64,000 nucleotides of DNA from an uncultured virus (IMG/VR IMGVR_UViG_3300022885_000007) (lineage: Duplodnaviria > Heunggongvirae > Uroviricota > Caudoviricetes): IMG/VR virus record IMGVR_UViG_3300022885_000007; one strand, written 5' to 3'. Numbering within the stretch: the stretch's first letter is position 1; each line of letters starts with the position of its first letter. Shown one piece after another: positions 19,481 through 27,020 of the stretch. The translations under genes were made by a program, and so were the position numbers. A model generated the notes under the pieces. The model did not search any database, was not told the DNA's origin, and worked only from the letters and a program-made list of their open reading frames with translations.

Positions 19481-19562
19481 TGGTGGAGGCGATAGGTGTC
19501 GAACCTACACACTACTAACAATGATCAACTGTTAGCACACACTTCCATCGTGCGAAACCCCC
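19481..19562 (-). ncRNA. Non-canonical tRNA-like RNA with an Ala-type acceptor (G3:U70, A73), a 9-bp anticodon stem and loop TTGATCA
   Basis: GGGGGTT..CGCCTCC-A-CCA; GCAC/GTGT; TGCTAACAG/TTGTTAGTA; GTAGG-TTCGACA-CCTAT. Confidence 0.78.
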
Positions 19563-19570
19563 TTTGTTCT

Positions 19571-19646
19571 TGGTGGATAGTACAGGCATCGAACCTGTGA
19601 CCTATGCCTTGTAAGGGCACCGCTCTGCCGTCTGAGCTAACCATCC
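19571..19646 (-). tRNA. tRNA-Val(TAC)
   Basis: Loop CTTACAA, CCA. Confidence 0.92.
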
Positions 19647-19654
19647 TATAATTA

Positions 19655-19790
19655 ATAATATCCTCTAATACCGGCCTGCATAAACACCGAACACCAGAGG
19701 ATATTAAGTACCTCTTACAATAATAGATTGACACGTATCAACTATTATTCTCTATCATCAGATAAGGTCTTTAGAGAATTTATTATCTAA
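19655..19790 (-). ncRNA. Candidate three-hairpin ncRNA or leader
   Basis: TTCTCTA/TAGAGAA, TAATAG/CTATTA and TAATATCCTCT/AGAGGATATTA stems directly after a promoter. Confidence 0.4.
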
Positions 19791-19798
19791 TATTACCT

Positions 19799-19827
19799 AT
19801 GATATCAGAAAGATAATCCTATGTCAA
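19799..19827 (-). promoter_or_regulatory. sigma70-type promoter inside the RNA array
   Basis: TTGACA-N17-TATCAT. Confidence 0.75.
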
Positions 19828-19844
19828 CCTTTATCGCAATTTAA

Positions 19845-20102
19845 TAATCCTCTAATGGTTTCCACGTTCGAGACACTTTCACCATTAGAGGATGTCAGAC
19901 ATACAGGCAGTGATCAATCCTGCCTGGCTACACCATGTCAACTCATAGATGTCTATTACACGACCTAGAACTTACACTTTCAGTCTTCGATGCAGACTTT
20001 CCTCATACCGACCGTAGTTCGCTTTCGCAGGCTCGATCTTAAACCCTTGTTAAGACCCATGATGATCGTGGAGTCCCTCTAATATCCCTTGCAATGGATA
20101 TC
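19845..20102 (-). ncRNA. Candidate ~260-nt structured ncRNA
   Basis: Multiple hairpins, including CAGGCAG-GATTGATCA-CTGCCTG and a 12-bp terminal stem ATCCTCTAATGG/CCATTAGAGGAT; no ORF. Confidence 0.55.
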
Positions 20103-20106
20103 AAAC

Positions 20107-20183
20107 TGGTAGTTCTGGTAGGGATTGAACCTACGACCTTCCCATTATGAGTGGGATGCTCTGACCAACTGAGCTACAGAACA
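20107..20183 (-). tRNA. tRNA with CAT anticodon (Met or lysidine-type Ile2)
   Basis: Loop CTCATAA, CCA. Confidence 0.88.
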
Positions 20184-20195
20184 ATTAAATCTTTT

Positions 20196-20251
20196 AATCA
20201 GATAGAGCCGTTACCGACAAACACCTCAGCTTAATCTGATTCCACCGAGGC
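20196..20251 (-). ncRNA. Candidate pseudoknotted small RNA
   Basis: GCCTCGG/CTGAGGT crossed with AATCAGAT/ATCTGATT; GTCG-GTAA-CGGC hairpin. Confidence 0.45.
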
Positions 20252-20260
20252 TATATTAAT

Positions 20261-20335
20261 TGGTAGTTCCGACAGGACTTGAACCTATGTCTGTCGATTA
20301 TCAGTCGAATGCTCTACCAACTGAGCTACGGAACT
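20261..20335 (-). tRNA. tRNA-Ile(GAT)
   Basis: Loop CTGATAA, CCA. Confidence 0.92.
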
Positions 20336-20345
20336 ATTAAATAAT

Positions 20346-20448
20346 AAAGACCCCCAAGTTTGCGGATAGTAAACCATAGCCTCTGGGGGTACAACAGACA
20401 GTGATCAACTCTGTCTGGCTACACTGGGCGAGCCTTTGTGTAGTCTTT
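20346..20448 (-). ncRNA. Candidate ~100-nt three-hairpin ncRNA
   Basis: CTACAC/GTGTAG, CAGACAG-AGTTGATCA-CTGTCTG and ACCCCCAG/TTGGGGGT. Confidence 0.6.
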
Positions 20449-20450
20449 TT

Positions 20451-20541
20451 TGGAGGAGAAAGAGGGATTCGAACCCTCGATACGCTATTAACATATAAAC
20501 CCTTAGCAGGGGTTCGCCTTCAACCACTCAGCCATTTCTCC
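20451..20541 (-). tRNA. tRNA-Ser(GCT)
   Basis: Loop CTGCTAA, long variable arm, CCA. Confidence 0.92.
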
Positions 20542-20548
20542 TAATAAA

Positions 20549-20632
20549 TGGAAGAGGGAGAGGGATTCGAACCCTCGAAGCTTTCGCGGTGGATTTGCAA
20601 TCCACCTCCTTTGACCGCTCAGAAACCCCTCT
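20549..20632 (-). tRNA. tRNA-Cys(GCA) with a Tyr-type variable arm
   Basis: Loop TTGCAAA, U73, variable arm CGCGAAAGCTT. Confidence 0.85.
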
Positions 20633-20638
20633 AGCATT

Positions 20639-20727
20639 TGGCGGAAGATGAAGGATTCGAACCCTCGAAGCTTTTTACACTCTCCTGTTTTCAAAACAGG
20701 CGCATTCGGCCGCTCTGCCAATCTTCC
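20639..20727 (-). tRNA. tRNA-Ser(TGA)
   Basis: Loop TTTGAAA, long variable arm, CCA. Confidence 0.92.
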
Positions 20728-20928
20728 TGAAGCTTTATTTATCCCAACGAATTTATTTGTATTAATTGGGTTGTCCCTATTCAGAGTGTCACAACTCCAT
20801 TCTTGTCATCGAAGGGAACACAACGACTAACCTAATTTCAAGAGGTTCGCAGTAAACGTCTGGGCCTTAACTCCCCCGACTGTCGTTGATTTGCTACGCT
20901 GGCTCAACTGACCTAAGCCATTTCAATA

Positions 20929-21003
20929 TGGTACCCTGTAAGAGACTTGAACTCTTATTGCTGGGTTGAAAACCAAGTGTCCTAACCTTTGGACGAACAG
21001 GGC
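20929..21003 (-). tRNA. tRNA-Glu(TTC)
   Basis: Loop TTTTCAA, CCA. Confidence 0.9.
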
Positions 21004-21079
21004 AATAAATGGTCGCCTATTATCAAACCGGACGATACGGTCACCTCTTTCTACTGAATAGTAGGTGAGCATCTTACAT

Positions 21080-21165
21080 TGGTGAAGAGAGTTGGATTCG
21101 AACCAACGAAGCTTTCGCGTCAGATTTACAGTCTGATCCTTTTAACCGGACTCAGGCACCTCTCC
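21080..21165 (-). tRNA. tRNA-Tyr(GTA)
   Basis: Loop CTGTAAA, variable arm, CCA. Confidence 0.92.
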
Positions 21166-21171
21166 ATTGTT

Positions 21172-21247
21172 TGGTACCGAAACTTGGAATCGAACCAAGG
21201 ACACGGAGGTCTTCAACCTCCTGCTCTACCAACTGAGCTATCTCGGT
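21172..21247 (-). tRNA. tRNA-Phe(GAA)
   Basis: Loop TTGAAGA, CCA. Confidence 0.92.
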
Positions 21248-21254
21248 GTTAATT

Positions 21255-21330
21255 TGGAGCCCAAGATAGGATTTGAACCTACGACATCCTGATTACAAAT
21301 CAGGCGCTCTGCCAACTGAGCTACTCGGGC
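21255..21330 (-). tRNA. tRNA-Thr(TGT)
   Basis: Loop TTTGTAA, CCA. Confidence 0.93.
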
Positions 21331-21339
21331 GCTGTATAA

Positions 21340-21708
21340 TTAGTTATTTATCGCCGCCAGTACCGAATCTAAAACTTCATCATCTGCCACTGCTTGGGCT
21401 CTGCCGCGTTCACGAATTGCATCAAGTGAAAGACTAACTTTGTAACCTTTGCCTGATTGCTTTTCTTTATCTACAATAGTATCAGCAATGGTTGCCTGAT
21501 CTGCTGGTGATGCGAACAATGGGTCGGTCATCATATACTTGAGACCATCAAGTTTGGTCATTGGTTCCGGGAGCGAAATAAAATCGCATCGAGTACCTCT
21601 GTTCTTACCAAATATCTTGACTCTACGTACCATATCATTAGTGAAGCGAACTTTATTAATACCATTTAAATCAGCTATACCAATTACCGTAAAAGTTTGT
21701 GTTGTCAT
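21340..21708 (-). CDS. Hypothetical protein heading the tRNA operon
   Basis: AGGAG SD; TTGACA-N17-TATTAT promoter at 21767-21795. Confidence 0.7.
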   Translation of the reverse strand: MTTQTFTVIGIADLNGINKVRFTNDMVRRVKIFGKNRGTRCDFISLPEPMTKLDGLKYMMTDPLFASPADQATIADTIVDKEKQSGKGYKVSLSLDAIRERGRAQAVADDEVLDSVLAAINN

Positions 21709-22111
21709 ACATGATTCTCCTAAAATTTAACTACATTTATCGTGTAATTCTCATTACACACTTACCATAATATCGGGCATAAATGAGTTTGTCAATTCAC
21801 TTATTACCCAATATCACAATTCCTTTCTACACTCGCTTTGGTTATTATTGATCTGCTAAGTGTTTTTCCATTACAAGATTTTGCTTGAGTCTATCAGCAA
21901 GTGTAATTTGACCAGTGAAACAGCATGCTAAGAAATCAAACTGATCGAAAAAAGTTACCGAATGATCTTCGCCGCTATCCATAAAAGCATCAGCTTCAGC
22001 AAAGTTCCAGTTAATAGAACCATTAGTTTCAATGTTCTCTGGATTAGTAACTGCCTTGTTAAATGCTCTTGCTACTGTGTCTGAAATAATCATGTAAGTT
22101 CTGCCTTTTTG

Positions 22112-22872
22112 CGTTAATATACTATATTATAATGAAATGTTTACCCAAAGTCAACCTTTTTCTTTCTAATCTGCTCTGGATGACATATACGCTTTAACGC
22201 CATGAGCCGTTAGTACATTAGCATAAGCTCTTGCACCTACTTCTTTCACGTCCATACTCTGAGTAGGGCTACCACCTGGGTTCCATAACATCAAAGACCT
22301 ATCATATGATTTCCTAAAGCCAACTGCCTGTAAGGCTTTGCCCAATTTTGAATTGGATCTAACCTTGTAGACTGATACCCAAGCAAACCCACAATACATT
22401 GGTTCACCGTACATAGCCCTATAATCAGCTTCTGCTTGTTTTGCTTGCTCAATGCCAATAAGATGGATGGTTTCTATCTGATCTATCTTAGATTGATCAA
22501 CCGTTTGATTAGTCATTACGCTTTTCCTTTATAGCCAAGTTGTCTCATAGCCGCAACAGGATTCAGATTTGCTGACAGCTCCATGTATTCTTCAACATTA
22601 CAGTTCTTAACAAGAAAGTTAATCCAAGTCTTGTATGGTTTGTAACCATATTTGAATCGAGCGACGAATGCAGGTTTGAGTAAACCGTGCCATGATGGGT
22701 GACAATCAGGAGAAACATCCTGCATCAACCTTGAACCATTAAAGTCGCCTTTGTACATTAAGTACATACCGTCCCAACTAAACATTTCTTTATCAAACTT
22801 AGTCATAACTTTCTCTCTCTTTTCGTTAATATACTATATTATAATGAAATGTTTACCCAAAGTCAACCTTTT
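22112..22872 (-). repeat. Two identical ~50-bp promoter cassettes (22112-22161 and 22824-22873)
   Basis: AAAAGGTTGACTTTGGGTAAACATTTCATTATAATATAGTATATTAACG, i.e. TTGACT-N17-TATAAT. Confidence 0.9.
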
Positions 22873-23394
22873 TTACCCTCCTAATCTAACGTAAGTTGAA
22901 GTCATGTGCATACACTCAAGTAAACTTTTGGTCTCTGTTCTAAACAACTCAGCAAACTTCGGATCGTGTTCTGCGATACTTCCACTGTTGTGGTGTAGAT
23001 CACAGGTCTTTACCACTTTAACAATCCAAGGTGCTCGTGACAATCTTGCTTCACACAATCCCTTACGAACCTCTCTGTTACCTACAAAGCTCTCGGTCTT
23101 GGTCAAGTACCAAACACCAGACGCAATCTCCTTACCAAACAACTCTACTATTTCGTCATGAGTCGCATCGGTATCTTCTACAGTATCGTGCAACACCGCG
23201 ACACACTTAGCAAACTCGACCGTATCTATATCGGCTGTTCGGCCGAATACATGTACATCTTCACACAAAAACTTCTCAACTTTCTCGGCAACTGCCAACG
23301 GATGGGTAATGTAGGGTTCATGGGTGTACTTTCGAACCTGACCTTCGTGCTTCTCAGTGGCATATCGAACTGCCTTTTCGTATAACTCACTCAT
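22873..23394 (-). CDS. HD-domain hydrolase, SpoT/Mesh1 (small alarmone hydrolase)-like
   Basis: H.GQ.RK..PYITHP, LHDTVEDT and K..D..HN motifs. Confidence 0.85.
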   Translation of the reverse strand: MSELYEKAVRYATEKHEGQVRKYTHEPYITHPLAVAEKVEKFLCEDVHVFGRTADIDTVEFAKCVAVLHDTVEDTDATHDEIVELFGKEIASGVWYLTKTESFVGNREVRKGLCEARLSRAPWIVKVVKTCDLHHNSGSIAEHDPKFAELFRTETKSLLECMHMTSTYVRLGG

Positions 23395-23527
23395 AGCAAA
23401 CTATCCTCAATTAAGTATATATTATAACTTACATGTGAGACACATTATTTCATTTTTAATGTCACAGCTTTTTGATCTTCATACTGCATCAAACAGTACC
23501 ACCCACTACAACTATAGTCTGAAGTAT

Positions 23528-24088
23528 CTACTTCACCCCCACTGGTTTTAAATTAATGTTATTCAAGATGTCGCAGACTTGTAAGCACTTGGCCTCCGTG
23601 GATTGGCTGATCTCTGACCCTGCATTGCTATAGGCGGTTAGGGGAATCCAATTGGCAGTTAAAGCGTCATACAAGGGAATCCATTTTGTAGTATTGTCAA
23701 ACCAATCAGGCACATAATCAGACTCAACATTCAAACACGCTTGGTTAATTAGCCCTTGAACCTTTGAATACTCTGAGGCTTTGAGTGCTAGTTCCTTTGT
23801 TTGCCAGATGTTTCCTATCGCCATGCGTAGCCGCGCAATATCGTCAGGACGGTAGCACACTTCTCCTACCCCACCAAGGTCACTCACCATGTAATGCCAC
23901 TCCTCCCCTCCAGATTTAGGCACCCACACCGCAGGCAAAGAGTCAAAATCTTCCAGTGCCTTGGTGGCTTTATCAAACTCCTCTTCTGCACGGGAGGTCT
24001 GTCTGAGAGCGTTCTGAAGATTCTTTGCTGTCACACATAGGTCGTTCTCTAGCTTTTTTCTTTTTGCTTCAGTCATAAATTGCCTCAT
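23528..24088 (-). CDS. Hypothetical protein of the 'KPVGVK' repeated family
   Basis: Blocks near-identical to 57015-57365. Confidence 0.75.
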   Translation of the reverse strand: MRQFMTEAKRKKLENDLCVTAKNLQNALRQTSRAEEEFDKATKALEDFDSLPAVWVPKSGGEEWHYMVSDLGGVGEVCYRPDDIARLRMAIGNIWQTKELALKASEYSKVQGLINQACLNVESDYVPDWFDNTTKWIPLYDALTANWIPLTAYSNAGSEISQSTEAKCLQVCDILNNINLKPVGVK

Positions 24089-24896
24089 GTCGTTGTATCG
24101 TCCAGTACACTATCGCGGCCAAACTTCCGTATCCTATAGCCTCATAAGGCCATGTCCAAATAACCCAAATAACCCCACAAATAAGAATAAGACAAGGTAC
24201 ACCAATAATAATGCCTGCTATGCCTCTTGCTAGATTATCCTTAAAATCATCAAGGCTCATATCAACTTCCCCTCTGCCGCCATTTGTGCGCGATAGTCCG
24301 AATACGATTTCTTCTCCATTTCTTCCAACTTTGCTTTTGACGCTACATCGGCCTCATCGCTTAACCTTTGTCCTACGGTTGAGTCCATAACTTCTACTTC
24401 TAGCCAGTCGTCCAGAGTTTTTGAAGGGACTAGTCTAGAAACATCTGCCCACTCGCGCATTAAATATCGTTCTCTTTGTGTGATCATTTGTTCTCCCTAT
24501 TCTGTGTTGCGAGTAAAGACCCTGCCTCGTGTAGAGCCTCGTATAGATCGTTATAAAAGATTTTAAGGCTCTCGGTCATATCGTGGTGGAAATTACCTAC
24601 ATTGGTTAGCTGTCCCATCTCACCTAGATTATCCCACTCAAGTTTGCGGTCATGAAGAAGAGCATTAATTTCCTCGGTACATTTTGAAAGATTCTTTTCA
24701 ATTAGTGCTAAGGATTCCGTTGTTTGGCTCATGAGATCCACCAATACAGAAGGCACCCACACCGCAGGCTTAGATTGATAATCGGAGAGTTCTTTGCTTA
24801 CTCTATAAAACTCATCGCGAGCCAACGTAAACATTGTGTAGGCCGCATTCATATTGTTCTCTAACTCTTTTTTCTCATTCATCTCTTGTATATTAA

Positions 24897-25553
24897 TCAT
24901 ACCGTCCACTTCCCTTTGTCGTGATCGAACGTTTGTTTATAGTAGGTGCGTGAAGCATGATGATACACACAGATACCTTCAGGTTTATTGAACTTTTCAA
25001 CCATACTACCATCGCGCATGAGCATTTCCATAGCAACATCTGGATCACCACCGCATAACTCAGTAAGGTCTGGAACAACATGACAACACTTAGGTGTATT
25101 AGGATTGTGAACACCCCATCGTAGCACGTTGAACAATGCAAAGCGTTTCTCTGTTAGTCCATATCCTCGTTGAATCCCCAAACCCATCCACTCACCGAAG
25201 TGGCGACCTTCACCCATCTTGAATAACTCTTCTGAGTTGTCATACACCCATCGAGCAAACCCAAAGTTGTCAGTTCCTTTTACTGCGACTCCATCACTAT
25301 CATTAATATGACCGTTCGTAGCAATCCAACGCTTGCGACTTCCCGCATACATAACGAGTGCGGGATCAGATTCTGTGTCACCATACAGTACATCGATACA
25401 GTACGGATCTTGGTTACATTCATCATGCGCTTCGTGATTAGACATTTCAAATATTGATACTTGTGCATTCGTCCCATCTAGTTTCTCGGTGATCGTTTGA
25501 TCACTCTTTAGTCGTGCAATTTTCCCGAAGGATTCAAATTCAAACTGACTCAT
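24897..25553 (-). CDS. RNA ligase (ATP-dependent nucleotidyltransferase family)
   Basis: TEKLDGTN motif I, GSRKR, FGEW.G.GIQ and PEG..K. Confidence 0.8.
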   Translation of the reverse strand: MSQFEFESFGKIARLKSDQTITEKLDGTNAQVSIFEMSNHEAHDECNQDPYCIDVLYGDTESDPALVMYAGSRKRWIATNGHINDSDGVAVKGTDNFGFARWVYDNSEELFKMGEGRHFGEWMGLGIQRGYGLTEKRFALFNVLRWGVHNPNTPKCCHVVPDLTELCGGDPDVAMEMLMRDGSMVEKFNKPEGICVYHHASRTYYKQTFDHDKGKWTV

Positions 25554-25790
25554 TAGATTTCTCCTCTATACAATTCGCTAGCCTTCACGGGCGTCGCATA
25601 AACCCATTCACCATCGTGGTCAGTATAGGGCTTATCTACTTGGGGCATCTTCTCGGTGATCATCCGTGCCTCATCGCGTGGGTTATTTTCAGGCCCGTAA
25701 TCCCAGACCCAACACAGTATAGCTTCAGTATCCAATCGCTCCTCCCACTTATTCATCTTCATTCTCCTAATTTTTAAGTGCAGTTCCTTA

Positions 25791-26981
25791 CTATCCTTTG
25801 ATACAAAGAACTTGCTTTATTTCGTGGACTATCTCCACAAGGTCGCTTTGCGCTTTCATTACATCATCGATAGGCTTATATGCACTTGGTGTTTCGTCGA
25901 TAATATCTTCATCAATTCGACATTCAACTCCCTTTACGTCCTCTTCATGTTGCTGTAGTGTCACTAGTTTTTTTGCTTGAGTTCTGGACATCACTCTTCC
26001 TGCCCCGTGACTGCAACTATTGAAGGATTCTGGATTTCCAAGACCTTTCACTATGAAGGATCTCTGACCCATACTACTAGGGATTATCCCATACTGTCCA
26101 CGTCTTGCAGATACAGCACCTTTACGAGTTACCCACACATTTTCGTTGTAGTGATGTTCTTTTTGCACGTAATTGTGGTGGCAGTCAACTGTCAACTCAT
26201 CGATACTGAACTCTTTCGTGTGCTTTCGTAACACCTTGAGTGTGTTCTCCATCATTAGTGCGCGGTTCATCTTAGCGAACTCTTGTGCCCAGTTAACAGA
26301 TTCTATGTACTGATCAAAGTAAGCAGAGCCTTCTGGTAGGTAAGCTAGGTCAGCATCAGGTAGAGAGACAAAGTACTTTTCCATTTCTTTTTTTGCTTTC
26401 TCGATGAAGTATCTTCCTATAGCATTTCCAACTCCTCGACTACCAGAGTGTAGCATCACCCATACTGAATCATCAGCTTTCTCAATACAAACCTCTATGA
26501 AGTGATTACCACCCCCTAGCGTTCCAAGGTGAGCTATGTTGTTTGTGTTCTCAACAGGACAAAAATCAAGTATCCATTTAAATCCAGGCTCTAGTTTGTT
26601 ATTCCACAAATCTGTCACAGCTTTAGGTAGCTGTTGTATGTCATGCTTACCTTGCCCTACTGGGACAACCGATTCGATATCAAGACGCAATGCTTTGAGA
26701 TTGTCTGGTAGGTCTGCCGCATTTAAAGATGTTTTTACTGCTTGCATACCACAACCCAGATCAACTCCTACGGCAGACGGTATGATAGCTTTCTTTGTTG
26801 CTAATACAGTTCCAATAGCACAACCTTTACCTAAGTGTGCGTCAGGCATTGAGGCTACCCATTTGTGGATGAAGGGCATATCTGCTAAGTTAAGCAGTTG
26901 CTCTTTTACGTTATCATCGAATTGAACTCCATCAGACCACGCTTTGACTATATTTCTTTTACCTTTTAATACTTCCATCAC
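25791..26981 (-). CDS. rtcB: RtcB RNA-splicing/repair ligase
   Basis: MPDAH, GVDLGCG, GGGNHF, HSGSRG, HHN, RKGA, HGAGR and DETPSAYK motifs. Confidence 0.95.
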   Translation of the reverse strand: MMEVLKGKRNIVKAWSDGVQFDDNVKEQLLNLADMPFIHKWVASMPDAHLGKGCAIGTVLATKKAIIPSAVGVDLGCGMQAVKTSLNAADLPDNLKALRLDIESVVPVGQGKHDIQQLPKAVTDLWNNKLEPGFKWILDFCPVENTNNIAHLGTLGGGNHFIEVCIEKADDSVWVMLHSGSRGVGNAIGRYFIEKAKKEMEKYFVSLPDADLAYLPEGSAYFDQYIESVNWAQEFAKMNRALMMENTLKVLRKHTKEFSIDELTVDCHHNYVQKEHHYNENVWVTRKGAVSARRGQYGIIPSSMGQRSFIVKGLGNPESFNSCSHGAGRVMSRTQAKKLVTLQQHEEDVKGVECRIDEDIIDETPSAYKPIDDVMKAQSDLVEIVHEIKQVLCIKG

Positions 26982-27020
26982 TTTTATCCCATTATTTTAT
27001 TTTTAAAGTCAACCGTTCCC

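Noticed and set aside
19481..19562. tmRNA (GGGG..TCCACCA with G3:U70)
   Set aside because: Only 82 nt, has a D stem, and has no tag ORF or pseudoknots.
19755..19761. CTGATGA hammerhead ribozyme core
   Set aside because: No stem II-GAAA-stem III-UH arrangement follows.
19995..20004. GAGGAAAGTC on the minus strand resembles RNase P RNA conserved region I
   Set aside because: No complementary CR-V/P4 partner was found downstream, and AGTCT pairs locally with AGACT.
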